Source: Raillietiella orientalis
Taxonomy: Eukaryota
DNA: 64,000 nucleotides
Assembly: GCA_036172245.1 (NCBI GenBank)
Contig: JAYWIR010000012.1
Span: forward strand, 4,030,001-4,094,000
Reading direction: 5' to 3'
Below the pieces are notes generated by a model, which did no database searches, was not told the DNA's origin, and saw only the letters and a list, made by a program, of their open reading frames with translations. Both the position numbers and the translations under genes were made by a program. Below, piece after piece: positions 37,188-50,700 of this stretch; the stretch's first letter is position 1, and each line of letters opens with the position of its first letter.

Positions 37188-37661
37188 TCAATCGTAGCAT
37201 CCGGCATTTCTCCTGCGGGATTCCCGGGAGGGTTGCGTGAAGTCCTTCCGGCTGCGAGCGACGCCGCGCCCCCCTCTGCCACTCTTCTTCCCGAACCGCA
37301 TCATCCCGTAGTCGTCAAAGTAGCGCTTCCCGAAGCGCAGCAGTCCGTAGTCGTCGAAATCCATGTGGGGGTTGCCCGACGTTGACGGGTTTCCTGGGGA
37401 CTTGATGCCCTGGCGCCTTTCGATCGTCCCTTGCACGGACTGCGGGGATCCCCCGGTGGATGGAGGGGAGGAAGCGTCCCGCGCCGGCTTGGCTCCCGGG
37501 ATGGCAACCGCCAGCTCCTTGAGGAACGCGGAATAGGGGACGACCACGATCCCGTTCCCGCCTTCCTTCTTCTGGATGATCATTTGGTGGCTGCTTCCGA
37601 CGACGCACAGCAGGGCGAGTAACGTCGGGAGGACGCGCGTCTGTTCGTAGCCGTCAGCCAT
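37188..37661 (-). CDS. Sulfakinin-like (CCK/gastrin family) neuropeptide precursor, 157 aa
   Basis: ATG 37661 directly follows CTTTCAG-GA. Hydrophobic signal-like segment (VLPTLLALLCVVGSS). Two tandem peptides, DFDDYGLLRF-G-KR and YFDDYGMMRF-G-KK, with amidation Gly and dibasic sites, matching the sulfakinin FDDYGHMRFamide pattern. Confidence 0.88.
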   Translation of the reverse strand: MADGYEQTRVLPTLLALLCVVGSSHQMIIQKKEGGNGIVVVPYSAFLKELAVAIPGAKPARDASSPPSTGGSPQSVQGTIERRQGIKSPGNPSTSGNPHMDFDDYGLLRFGKRYFDDYGMMRFGKKSGRGGRGVARSRKDFTQPSRESRRRNAGCYD

Positions 37662-39549
37662 TCCTGAAAGGAAGATGCTCAGGAGAGAGATGGAACTGGT
37701 CGATCCCTTCACCCTTTTCTTCTCTTCTTTCTCCCCGAGAAGAAGAGAAGGAGGGTTCTCCACGGAATCATATGGGCGGCTGCGGAGGGAGGAAGAGGAG
37801 GGAGGTTGCATCCTTGGAGGAAGAGTAAGGAGGAAATCTGCAGTTCACCCCCAGGCTTCCCAGCAAACCGACTCAGCCCTCAACAAGAAAATAACCAGCC
37901 GGCCGAAGAGGACCAACGTGCCGCGGGACTTTCCAGTCGTCTGTAAGGGCTCTCTCTTCGGGTTCTGGGGGAGGGAGGGAGAGGCGTTCCACGAGATTCT
38001 GGTCGTCCAACAAATCAGACAAACCCGTTCCCTGCCTCCTTTTGGATCACATCTCCAGTCTGGGATTCTCGTGAGTCTGCACGTGTCGCAACCTTTGCTG
38101 GAGGATCCTGTCCTCATCCTACCAACACTCAGGAGATTCTTTCTGGCTTTCCAGGAAGACCAGGTGAGAAGGATTCGCACTTTCCAGAAGCAGACGCTTC
38201 CCAGGAATAGGAGCATGCGTGTCGGGATGGAAAAAACAAAAGTCAGGTAGCTATCGGATGGTCGCAGAGTTCCTTGAAGGGAGGGTCGGGAAAAGCATGC
38301 GGCCGCCATGGGGGCAGCACCGGAAAGGGGCAACGTGGATGAATTGCATCCAGACTGTGAGGCACAGGAGCTGGATAACCTCGGTGAAAGCGGTAGGATG
38401 AAAAGAGACTCTTTAAGGTTTTGCATCCTTATTCGGGAATCTGATGGATCTTATTCGGCATCCTCTCTCCCATCTTGGGCAGGGCCATATTTCCATCTTT
38501 AGGAAGGCAGTGGAAGAGGAATGAAGAAGATAGAAGAAGCAAGGATGCCGCAAACCAGGATGCTTCTGTGCATTTCCAGGTCCGTCCTCTCACTCCCTGC
38601 TGGAAGGCAAGCTGAACACATTCGGGATGATGACCAAGGATTCTCAGTAAAGGACTCACATCCTCCAGGAGCTACTGTAACACAGCATGCATGAGATCCG
38701 GAACGGAAGGGGAAAAACATGAACAAGCTTTGGAAGCATCGTGGAGTATTGGAAGTGAGCAACTCTTTGACCAATTGAAGGACAATCACGAGGGATCTGG
38801 AGGCTCAAGCAGACGAAAACCAGGAGGGAAGTAGGGAGTCGCGAGGAAGGGAAGGATCTATGCATTGGAATCTTCCCTTTCTCCTGCTGGTATGAGGATA
38901 AGAAATAAGGAGAATCTCGACTCCACCTCTGAATTCGGGGTTTGTTCTGGGGATCGCCTCAAGTTGGCAGAGAGAGAGTACGCACGGAGGCGGGAAGACT
39001 ATTTTTGTCCCCCCCCCCACACAAAACGAGTGATTCCACTGCTCCGATCTTTCCTGTTTCGTGCGTTTCCTTCGCACATCTGAAACTGCGAGCACAGGCT
39101 CTCACCCGAGAAGGGGGTGTGGGATTCCGAGAATGGCCCTATAAAAACGCGCAGACGAGGTGCGCGGTCGCAAAAAGCCCAGTTTCCAGAATTCACTTGC
39201 CTCCCCCGAAGGAAACAAAGCGCAAAGCTCTATTACTTGACCCACCCAGATGCCACTTTTGAGCATTTGGCTCTCGTTTTTTGTGCACTCTCAACAGGAA
39301 TTCGTGCACGATCGATGAACATGCCAAGAGGGAAAATGTGGGACTCGGCTCTCTGATTCATGGCGGATTCTCGTTTGAACTCGGCAGACGAGTGGACTCA
39401 TAGGGCATGACTCGATCGTTTAACTCTGGTGGCCTCGGCTTACGAGTGCATGTAAATCCTTGTCATCAACCTGGTACATGTAACAAAGCATCATCCGCTC
39501 GTAGCGACCAGGAAGTCACCCATAGCTTTGGAAATCAGCAGTCTGGATG

Positions 39550-40800
39550 AATCGCATCGGAAGCTCCATCGATGTGGCTGCTGACGGAATTGCCCGCTTC
39601 CTGCTACTCTGCCTCCTTCAAGCAGGTGGAATCCGGATCCAAGCTGATTCAGCCGTTATGTCACTAAAGACATGCGTGGCAGATTCAAGACTTCCACCCG
39701 GAGGAAGGCTATCTTTCTTCCAAGCTCCATTAATTCTCGCCATCTGCCTTTCCTTGGAGTCCAAGAAAGTAGAGACAACAGACGATGGATCCTTGGCGCG
39801 CTCGATTAAGCACCCTTCCAAGCACTTCCAAGGAACCGAAACTCGTTCGTTACTAAGGACGCTTCCGTCTGCGAATCCTCCCGGAGCAAGCGCCGGACAC
39901 TGGTGGCTTGCTACGTCACAAGGCTGGGCGAGCGCCATCCTATTCCGATCTCAAATCACAAGCCGTCTGCGGAACCTGGTTGCCGCGGCAACAATCCCAA
40001 CGCTCGCTCGTCTCGACCGTGCTTAGCAGCGCCTCCGTGCCTCATCCTGTATTAAAATCATTCCTCTTGCTTTTGTGTAGGAGGTCGCTCCCATAAGCCC
40101 TGCTTCTAAGAAGGCATTTTTTACGTGCTTCATGATAAAAAGGGCACGTCAAAAAACTTCATCTGACGTTGGGCGTATCTTGAAGCGGGTGGATGCGGCT
40201 GTTTCAGTTTTAGTGTCCATTGGGTTGAGTAGTAATTGTAATTAGATCAGTAGTTGGATGAGGGCATTTTTTTGGAACTCTTTCAAGAGAAAAGAAAAAA
40301 ACAACAACAAGATAGGATATATGTATGCAAACATACTTCTAAGGAATGGGCAAGGAGCAATCAGAATGAAAACACAGGAAAAAAAGTCTACAGTTTGTTT
40401 GCTCGAAACGCGAGAAAGCTGTTGCGCAGCTTCAATTTAAGAGAAGTCACTGTGGTTCGAGCAAATGTCGATTCCTCATGGAATCCCTCTCGACGAAGAA
40501 TATCGCTGTTTGCATCGGGGCTAGGAATCATGTCAAGAGTTTCCACAGAAGTTTTTCTTTTCTTGACTCCTGTGCTTTTGGATGCGAAACCGAACAGTAG
40601 GTGGACTTCTCTATCCATACCCATGCAGAACTCTCGCAAACAAAAAGGAAACGCCAAAGTTCTGGACAGCACGATTGGACTCCGAGGGACTGTAACCACC
40701 GCTCAGTCCGAATTCGGTTGCACCGGCAACAGAGAGTGGATAGCGGCACCCGGATGTGGATCACGGCAATCTTGTGAGTAGCGGTCTTCGAGTGCATCGC
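39550..40800 (+). mobile_element. Decayed L1-like ORF2 relic (endonuclease plus linker)
   Basis: LLCLLQ (ICLQE-like), TLARLDRA (SRLDR-like) and ARS..E.TGKK (RSR..E.GEK-like linker). Confidence 0.3.
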
Positions 40801-41664
40801 AGCCGAAGCATCCTGCCCATCCCTCCACTACAGCAACAAGTGCACGACCATCACCAGCCGGAAGGAAGTGCAGACCACGCCTCGAGGCTTGAAAGAGGAG
40901 CTCGCGGAATTTGCGACCAAGCGGCGCGAGCTTGAAGTAACGTGCCGCGTGCGCCAGCCCGAGCAGCCAAGCCGACAGACCCCCCCCCCCTCCTGCTCTT
41001 ACGCTTCATCCCTTCTATCGCTTCCTGATTCGCTTTTCTTGTGCAGGGTCTAAGCCGAGCGGACTCCTGGGGGACCTCTCTGCCGTCTTCGGCGATCTTA
41101 CAGAATCCCTCAGACTGCCTTCCCATTTCAAGAAACTCCGTTGCACATTCGCGTGATCCCCCTCCCCCCCTCCCGTTGAAGATTCCCGATCAGCCTTGTC
41201 GTGTTGCTTCGACGGTGTGTTCCCTGGAGGAGGATACTGCATTCGGGCTCCTGGATACGTGATCGTGAATGCATCCACGTTTCCAAGGTGCAGGGAACCG
41301 AGAAGAGTCGGCAATCATCGCACCCCGCCGCCCTGTTCTGTGTATCATGACAGGTCCCCATTCTCATCAGGAACAGTCATGACAGTCATGACTGCCACAC
41401 CATGCGTTCGTGCAGCGGCGCGACGAAGCTGAGAGTCGGGGCTGCCTGACTGGGACTCCGCTGCCCGCGAGGAGCCGCGGAAAGCGCCAATTCGGTCGTT
41501 TCCTCACTTCGAATGAACTCCCGAGGGTGAATGAATGCGTTTGAGGGGCGACTGTTGGGAATCACATGCTGCCCCCCCCCCTTTTGCTGTTCTCTTGGCT
41601 GTTCTCTCGGTGGCTCGGCGACTTCGAACCGGACTCGTCAGCGAAGGAACGCTCCCCTGAGGGC

Positions 41665-41760
41665 GCCATGGAGGCAAGGTCGCTGGTCTGCCCGCTGTGG
41701 CTGCGGGCTGCAGCGCGTGAGCACCAGGCGTCGCGGGTTCGGATCCCACCCGGGGAAGAA
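41665..41760 (+). mobile_element. tRNA-derived SINE-like sequence, second copy
   Basis: GCGCGTG..ACC..GCGT(C/T)GCGGGTTCG(G/A)ATCCC is shared with 10547-10580. B-box at 41736-41747. Confidence 0.5.
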
Positions 41761-44700
41761 TCAAAGAGGATCCACGCTGAGAATGGGTCTCGAGTCTCCA
41801 CTTTTCTTCAGGATGATGCTGGTCGACCCATGGACTTCCAGTGAAGCACTGTTGGGCAAACTAGATGTCTCAGTCGATTGGCCGGGGTTGGAAGTTGGCT
41901 CAACAGGGTTCTTTCAGGAACCACGGAGCCGGTCCCCTTCGGGGCTCCCCTCCGGTTGTGCAAATGAGCCGACCCCCTACTTCGGGGGACATTCCTTCGT
42001 GTACCATGGAAATGGTTGATACCCTCCTTGGGGGGTTGACTTTACGAGTGTTGAGAAGTGCGCTGCTCTCTTAGGGGAGCGGCCCTTTAGAGAAAACGGG
42101 AAGTGTCCCTTCCGGGTTCTCTTCAGAGGAGGGAACAGGCAGCGGATCCTTTACAGGGAGTCCCTCCTGAGAAGAAGCGAAGGGCGACCTCCTCTCCATG
42201 ATGCCTCTCCGAAGAGAACAAGGAAGAGGTTCCCTTAGGGGTCCCCCACCGAGCGAAAGAGGAACGGACGCCTCCATCCGGAGCCTTCCTGGATCCATAG
42301 GGTGATCCCTCCTGGATTACCAACTAACTTGGGATGAACGACACGCATCCTCTGAGGTGGAAGCGCTGAAGAGCTTCGTGAGCAAGCGAGAGGGTCGCCC
42401 TCCTTGAGGGGGCGGATGGTTCTTCAGCACCAGGTGGACCAAAAAAGAAAAAAGGTAAGAAAAGTTGGAAGAAAAGCATCCCCAAACCGAGGAACCCGGA
42501 AAGATTTCCATCGTCAGGATAACGGGAGCAACGATTTCCTCCCCTTGAGATCGCTGCTGGTCTTAAGGAAAGAAAAAAAAACTTGGCAGCTTCCCCTTCC
42601 TAGCTGGGCGACTGAGCGTCTTCCTCTGCTGCTCATTCAGCACCGGGAAAAGGAAGAGCCAGCGAGTGGATTCTCTGGAGCTGAAGGCATCCGTAAGTCA
42701 CTTTGAGCTAGGCGGAAGGCGATGGAATGGAAGGGGAGGAGGAAGGGAAGGTGGGAGAGAGTCCTCATCTTGGCCGAGTGCCGGTGGTGGAACGCCTTTT
42801 CCACCCTTTTTCCCTCTTCCCTGTTACTTCTTACTTATTTCCCTGAGTCGGGGCTACAGAAGCGGAACGGAAGGGGAATGAAATAGGGAAGGGGGGATGA
42901 GAATGGGGAAGGGAGAACGTCGACTGGTCGTCGTCCATCGTGCGCTTGCGTTCGCAGCCGAGGCGCGGCGCGGGGAAATCCGAGCCTGGAACTCATCCCG
43001 AAATTCTTCCTGCACGCGGATGGTGAGGTAGGATGGACCCTTCACGAAGAGACGAGGGGAGACGTAGCCACCGCGTTTCCGCCAGCGCCCACGCCGTCCT
43101 TGGTCCTTGGCCCTCGCGCCAGCTTTCCGCAAAGTGGCTCTGGAAAGGCAAAGGAGGAAAGGACGGAAAAAGGGGAGAGACCCGAGAAAAGCGCAAACTT
43201 CGGGAAGACTGCGAACAATCCGCTCTTCGGACCCCGCGCTCTACCCGCACTGCCTATCTCTTGAGAACCTTCCTCCTCCTCGTGCTTCCGTCTTCCACTG
43301 TTCTCCTCCCATCAGGAGCGTCTTCGCTTCTCATAGCACAAATTTTGGCCAGTCTCATCCTATCCCCCTTATTCCTGCCTCCGGAACCAAACTTTCTCCC
43401 TTTGTCCTCTCTTTGGAGAAGATTCCTCCTTGCGTTCTATGGTTTGCTGTTCTGAGAAGGATGAGGGGTGCAGCGGAGGGGAGGGGGAGGCAACTCTGCT
43501 CCACCAACGCCATCTGCGTCGAGGAGCTCAAGGGAGCGGGGTCATTTTCCCGCCCTCCCCTCTTAAGATCTGCAAGGACTCTAGATTCCGGAGGAAGAGT
43601 ACCTTCGCCGTCAGCACAGGCAGGACAGAATCTTGCGCGTGGGAGTTGGTGGACCGAAGGGAGAAGGAAAGGGAAAGTCAGGGTGGGGAAGGAATGTCTT
43701 GGGAAGATGGAGGGGCGTGTGGGAGTCTCCCGCCTCCCGGTGCTGTCCGAACGGAGAAACAAGGATGGGAGGAGGAGGTGGAGACCTCTCAGGAGTGGTT
43801 TGCTCCATAGTACTCGAGAGCTTTGGGGAGAGAGAGGCTACCGAATGCAGGAACTCCTCTTTCTCTCGTCAGCTCGTTTAGTCCTCCTTCCTCCCTCCCC
43901 CCTTCTCCCCGCATCGGGGGAGCCTTCGGGGATCGCCAAGACAGGTGGTTCTTTCCCGGAAGAGACCTGTGTATGTGGGACCACACTGCCGCCTTCCTGT
44001 TTCGCCACCTTCTTCTGAAATGTCCCCGTTGCTCCCGACGCAGGCGCGGAAGCCATGCGAGAGCGGATGGGGACATTACCCCCCTCCCCCTTTTCCTTGC
44101 GTTCTCTCTTGGGCACGCGCGCGCACTGTCGCCGAGAAAGGAAGTGCGTCGCCCGCGGTGGTCCTGGCGGTTTCTACTGACCTCCCACGAGTGGATCCGT
44201 CCCTCTTCCGCCTCTCGGTCCCGTCCTCCCGGCTCTGCCGACCTTCGTACTGGCTGGTACGCAGGAATCGGACTTGTCGGATGAGGGGACAGGGGAGTAG
44301 GAATCCGGGAAGAGAAAAGAGAAGTGAACTGTGGCGGAAGGCGTCGGGGGGTCATTGCACCCTCTTGGTCCTTTGCATACTCCTCCAATGGCTTGGAGAC
44401 CTCTGCTGCCATGCGGTGCCGCTCTCTCCCGTCCGGACAGGAGGCAAAGCTCAGGAGAGGAGGAGTGGGGTGGGGCATCGAAATAACATATCGTCCGGAG
44501 CAATGCGGCTCCTCCGAAAGTTCTTTCCCTCCCTATTCCCCAAACTCCTAGCCTCCTCTCTCAGTGCCTCCTGTCTCCAGGGCCATCCTTCTCCGCACCC
44601 CGCCTCGAGGAGGAGGATGGGAGAAGGAGGAGGAGGAGGAAAAAAGGAGGAAAAGAGGAGGATAATTGGAATTGTCCTATCCGCACTACCCCACTCGCCT

Positions 44701-47700
44701 TCCCTCGAGGACCACGAAGGCAGAGAACCTCAGGGGTGCTCCCGACAGCAGAAGAGGATCGAGAAGAAGAAGAAAAAAAATTCCCACCTTCCAGGAACGA
44801 AACCGTCTGTCTGGATCGAGAAGGCTTCAAGAGCGCTGGGACACTTCCACGGTCACAACCTGGTCTGCCGGGCACCCAGCCAGAGCGGGACTTTATAGGG
44901 GGAGAGAATCAGGACTTGAGCAGTCCGGACTTCCTTCGCGCGCCTCCCGCCCACTCGGGCGAGAGGCGCATCGCGCGAGGCGAGGAGGCGTCTCCGGGAA
45001 GGAGAAAGAAGAAGTTGACGTAGGAGGAGGGGAAGGGAGGGGTTGCGATCCTGTCTCCTCCCTCTTTCTCTCTCCCACATCTTCCTGGGCCCTCCCCCTC
45101 CCTCCCAGTTTACGCGACGGCGTCGTTTCCTTTCTGGCTGTCGGGATCTCTGAACTCCGGCTCAGGACCGGGAGAGTAGGGAGCCACTCGCTGCCCTCCT
45201 TTGCCTATCCGTGGCTGCCCATCCTCCCTGCGCCACGTCCAGGGGAAAACGAAAAAAGGGGCGGGAGGAGATAGAATCTACCCGAAAAATGGATCAGGCA
45301 CCCCTTTCCTCTCCCCAAGTCTTTATCTGGGGAAGGGGGAGAGACCCCATGAAGGACGGGAGAACGATTCCGCGTTTCCTCATTCCCTGGCCGCTCCCAG
45401 GGTGCACGCGCGTTGCGGAAACCCTGGACAGCGCCTTCGAAGTGGGCAAAAGACTTTTCCCTTTTCTCTTCCCGGGAGACGTCCTGGGAACCAACTTCTC
45501 GAGCCGAAGTGGGAAGTGCGACCTGCATCGGAGGGGGGAAAAGAGGAGGGGGAGGATTGAGGAGAATCTTCCCTCTAGAGAATGCACGCCGATCCGGTAG
45601 CCCGGGATTTTCCCTCCCTCTAGGAGCGGTCGACTCGCGACAGACCCTCAGGCGAGGGACCCCAGGGAGGAGAATGAAGGGAAGAGGGGAAGTCGGGAGT
45701 TTGTGCCCCCATCGGGTATCGACTGAAGGGATCTTGAAGAAGACCAAGGAAGCGTCCCCGGACCTTAGGGAGAACCGAGAAGGGGCTGGAGGTCTCTTCT
45801 GTAGCATGTCGGGGGACCTCGTTACTTCGAGGGCGGGTCACTCCGTTCCCGTGGTGATGCTCTCTCAGGTTGCATCCGTGTGTAAGAGCAGCAGCAGCAC
45901 GGCGTGCGCCCTTCTCCCTCCTCCTCTTCCTTTTTCAGCAATCGTCTCTTCGACGCTGCTGCACCCATGGAGCGCGCCGCCCTTACCGCCCACCCTCGCA
46001 TTTCCTCCCCTTCCCCGGAAAGGGGGTGCCAACGTGCCGGAGAGGGGGAGGTCGCGGAAGTCTCCTCCAGCCGTGTCCATCTTGGAGGGGTCACGGGACG
46101 AAAGCAAAGCAGAGAGGGAACCTTTTCTAGGCAGCTTCGGGTACCGGAGTGACCTTCTAGGATCAGGGTCGGGTTAAAGTGGGTGGACCTGGCTGACGGA
46201 GGGGCTCGTGACTGCGGCGTAGAGCCCCCTTGACCTCTACCCTCACTCATTCCCTTCCTCGACTGTTGAGTGGACCCCTGTTCGAAAGCACCCGCGAGGA
46301 GGAGAGGAAGGGGGCGGGGGGGAGAGATGTAACGTCCGTCCTCGCTCGCGAGCACGCTGATTCCTTGCACCGTCCGGGTTGCCGAGAGACGATGGGAGCC
46401 TCCTCCTCCTCCTCCCGCCAGCCAGGCGCAATTCCGTTCACGCCGCCTTTGGGCTCGTTATCGTAACAGCGCAGGTGACGCCCCCCACGCAATACCTACG
46501 GAGCCACGTGAACGCCGACTGCTGGTGGTGGCCCCTGACTCCGTGGCAGAACTATGCTGTCGCCTGGAGCAACGGAGCGTGGCAGCGTCCTTCTTCCCGG
46601 GGAGCAGGTCCAGGGACGCTCGCACCGGATCCTCCCATCTCCTGGACGTCGGCAGGTGGGATCGGCTGCCCCATGGACGCCCAGGAAGATGCGGTGGGCG
46701 GAAAGCGGGAAAGGAGGAACAGGGAGGGAAGAAAGGCTCATTTTGGAACGGTCGCCCCTCCGAAGGATGAGGTCTCCGAGTTACACCAGGGAGGACTCCC
46801 CTCAGGTCCTCCCAGGGTTCTTCCACAGACCCCACAGGCAAAGGGAAACTGCAGAAGGCGCTCATTCCTCCTCTTCCCGCTCGGCTTCTATCCCAGACTA
46901 CAGGCGGGGCAGGAAGCGGACTCCCTCCGTATTCTCCTCCAGTCAAGGAAGCATGGGGGGTCTCGCGCGCGAGAGGTGGAGATGAGGGAGGAGAGACGGG
47001 AGCAAGGATGGTGGATGAGGATCCGAGGAAAATCCGGAACTCGATCGACGGGGGGACCTGGCGCAGGATGACCCCCACATCCTCGAACAGTTCCGGAGCG
47101 AAGCCAGCACTGCGACGGCCGGGGAGACCGCCGTCCCATTGCCCTCTTCTTCCGCGGGATTCGCAAGGCAGAAAGGAGGCCGGAGAGGGGGAGGGAGAAT
47201 CGGGACTCCCTTCTCTCTCCTCTTCCGGGTTCCAAGAACCAAGCATCCTCTCCCCTTCTCCCTTTCCGCCCAGGTTCTTCCGAAACGGGAGCCTTCCTTG
47301 GGGGGAAAGTCCCGTGCGCCTGCTCTCCCTCCTTTCTCGGAGAAAGACGACGCTTAAGGAGTCGTGTGGGAGATATGGGAAAAGCGAGTGGACGTTCCCT
47401 CGGCAACCCCGCTCGCTCCGCTCCTCCACGGCATACTCTCTCCCATCTGTCCTCCCTCCCTGGGAAGAGGATGTCCGGAGGGGGGCTCGACGAAGGGGAT
47501 CCTCTTCCCACTCTCAGAACTCAAGGGACCGATTCCTGCTCCGTCTCGTCCCGGATGAGCGCGCGGTGATCCCCGAGGGAACGTCTTCGTGCCGACATGG
47601 CAACTCTCCTCCCCGCCTCGTCTGCCGCTCCCGGAACCGGGGGAAGCCGGGCGGCAACCGGAGCTCAAATATCCTCCCACCACCGCTTCCGTCCTCACTT

Positions 47701-50700
47701 TAGGGGGAGGAGGAGGGGGGAAGATGGGGAGGGAACGCCCCTTGGAAGCCGAGAAACGACGAGCGAAGGGGTCCGAAGAGGGCAAGAGGGCAACCGCCCG
47801 GGGGTGCAAGCGGGAGGGCGTCGCCACCGAGCTACGGGAGCCGCGGGAGGCGCGCTCTGCTCCCGAGGGAGAAGGAAGGGCGAGGATAGGAAAGGTCAGC
47901 TAGGCAGTCCCGGACGGGCGCCCGCGCGATCTGGGGAAGGAGGGAAAAAGGAGGCCACAGCCCTTCCTCCCGGCGGCGCGCGGCCGTCTTCCCGGGAGAG
48001 ACCCGGCACGCTCCGATCCTCCGGGAACAGCGCTCAATAAAGGGACGCCGCCGGTTTATTTTTATCCGTGCGGCTTCCCGAAATTCCTCCGGCGGCGAGT
48101 GAGTTCCCAGCTCGGGGAGGGAACGACGAGGGACGAGGAGGGCTGGCGTGGCAGCGTCCCGGGAAGAGGATGGCGCGCGCCGGAAGCGCTGCTGGGAGAG
48201 AGGGAACGAGAAGGAAGGAGGAAGGGAAAGGAGGGGGGAGAGAAATAGAGAGACGGGGACGTCACGGGAGTGCCCGTCTGGCGGCGCCGGACCGTGAGTG
48301 GAGGGGGCGGATCGCGCGTTTTATGGCTCCCGGCGGCCGCCCGTTCCCCATTCCGGGAAAAACTCATTCATGCCGTCCGGGGAATCGGGAAGGACACGCA
48401 CGCGCCAGGAAGGAGAAAGAAGGTAGCGCCCCATCCCTCTTCTCTCCGTGTTTCCTGGATCGCCTCCTTTCCTTCTCTCCCCCGGTTCCTTAGCGGAGGT
48501 CGGACCGAGAGCCAAGAGGGAGCAGCGCCCATCCTGTACGCATCCTTCCCACTCTGGAGGTGGAAGAGAAAGAAGAGGAGGAGGGAACGTTTTCCTCGTC
48601 TCCGGAGGCGGCAGCTCCTTCGGGGAGCTCCGGGAAGAGCAGCTGATCTTTTGGGTCCCGCGTGTCCTCCCTCCCTCCAGGCTGGAGGCCACCTACGGCG
48701 GTCTCTCGAAACCAGGAAGGGGGGAAGGATAGCCGCAGTCACTTCCCGAGTCGCCTAGGAGGCGGTTGGTCTTCCCGCTCCCGAGAGGAGGTGGGGTGAT
48801 CGACCTTCCAGGGCTCAGGGTTGCCAACCCCCTCCAACGGAGGACGCCACGAAGGGGGAGTGGGAACGACACTCGAAGAGACTCCTTTTCGACTCCTCCT
48901 CCTCTCCATAGCCGAAAACCTCCCCGGACTCATCTCCCAGAAGCGGAGAGGAGCAGTCTCTCTGACCTCTCCGGGCTGCTGGGGAGAGAAAAGAAGAAGG
49001 GGAATGAAACATCCTCATCCTCTGTGAGGGTATGAGAAGGAATGGGGACCCCTACCGGAAGCCGGAAGGAAGTTCAAGGAGTGTGGCACGGGTGCCTTGG
49101 TCAGAGTGCGAGGGAGACGGGAGCAGGAGGTGGTGGACGGGAGGGACAGGAGGAGGGGAGCGGCACCCGATAGTCTTCGCCCCTCCCGCAAGGGCGCTTT
49201 TCTGGTGGGTGGGTTGGGTCTCACTGATCTGCCGTGCCCGCACCGTACCGTACGGGCACGACAGGGGGGCAGTTCCAGGAAAGGAACGACTACCCATAGC
49301 GTGCCCTCTCGCAGAAGGTCGCACCAGCTAGATGGGCGCACACGAGGCACCGCGCGCGGGCACCCCAGGTTCAGGCCCTGGAATAAGGGTGGGGGAAGCG
49401 AAGATCCTCGCTTTCCTCCCGGTGGCGCCTGGAACCCTCCCGGGTCGCTGGAGGAGGCCGGCGTCAGGTAACGTTCAGTTCGAATGACCCCGGGGCGTGC
49501 GGCGACGGACATGGCACTTCGCTTCCCCGAGGCAGAGCGGGCAGAGGCCAGTTGATCCCCCCTTCCGGAGGAAGGGGAGGGGAAGAGAGCACACGCCTGA
49601 CCCCGGCCTGCGTCCATGATCCCTGCTAGGGGAGCAGCGCTGTCATGGAGAGCATTCGCTCTCGGTACGCCCGAAGTCCGCTGGAGAGGTGGCTGTCGCG
49701 ACCGGGAGGCGAAGACCCACAGGAGCTCCAGGCTCCAAGAGAAGAAAGACATCCGGAGATCTACGAGGCAGACCCGGGATCATCCTGCAATCGTCCCTTT
49801 CTTTGCAGGAGAATGAAGTTCACGTCATATGGCAGCCCCGCGGTAGTGTGGTCGCTCTCGCTTCCAGGGAGTGCCGACCCTCGGAAGCGAGGGAGGGATC
49901 GGCGGTTGAGTCGCGCGATGTCCCCGTGACCTACTCCCCAGGGGACGGAACAGCGGAGGGAGAGGGTCTGTACGGAGAAAAAAATGCCCAATGGCGCGGG
50001 AGGAGCGCGATAGACGGGCCCTAAGGGAGAGGCGACGCATGGGGGATCCGCTTCTGGAGGTCGAGAAAGAGGGTGTCAATCTCCACCCATCCCACAGGCG
50101 AGGAGGCGAGCTTTCGGTGACCTCGCCACGGGGATCGTGCAAGAACCCGTCCAAGCCCTCCTGTGCGCTCCCTTCCACAGCGAAGGCGCGTCGCTATTGG
50201 TCCGCTCGAAGTGACCGGAGCGGCCCCACCGCGTCCGGAAAAGCCCACGAGCTCTGGGTCTCCGCTCCCGGTGCCGCTCCGGCGCGCGGCTTCTCCTCCC
50301 CCGTTCCTTGCTCCTTGCTGTCCGCTCACAACGGGGCAACCGAGTCGCATCCCCGCCTCACTCAAGCGCTCTCGCGTCCTTCTGGGGACGGGGAGCCGCA
50401 CTTTCGCTTTCCTCCTGCGCCTCGCCTTCCCATTGGTCCCTCCCGCAGCAAAAGTACGGTGCGATTGGTCCGCTTGAAGCCTCCGGGGCGAAAGGCCCTC
50501 TACTGCGCACGGGGTGGATGAGGGAGGGAAGATGAGCGCATACCCGGATGGAAACCCTCCACCCATTTCCCCGCCGCCTTGGGTTTCGGGGAAAAGGAAG
50601 GAGGGAGGGGAGGGCGAAAGAGTTCCCAGTCAAACTCTGCCCACAGAAGAAGGAAAAGGGGGAGGGGAACCGGGCGCTCCCATCTGGTACATCTCTGGGG

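Noticed and set aside
42930..43010. RRASAANASAR as a bHLH basic region
   Set aside because: It lacks the ERxR motif and the following helices.
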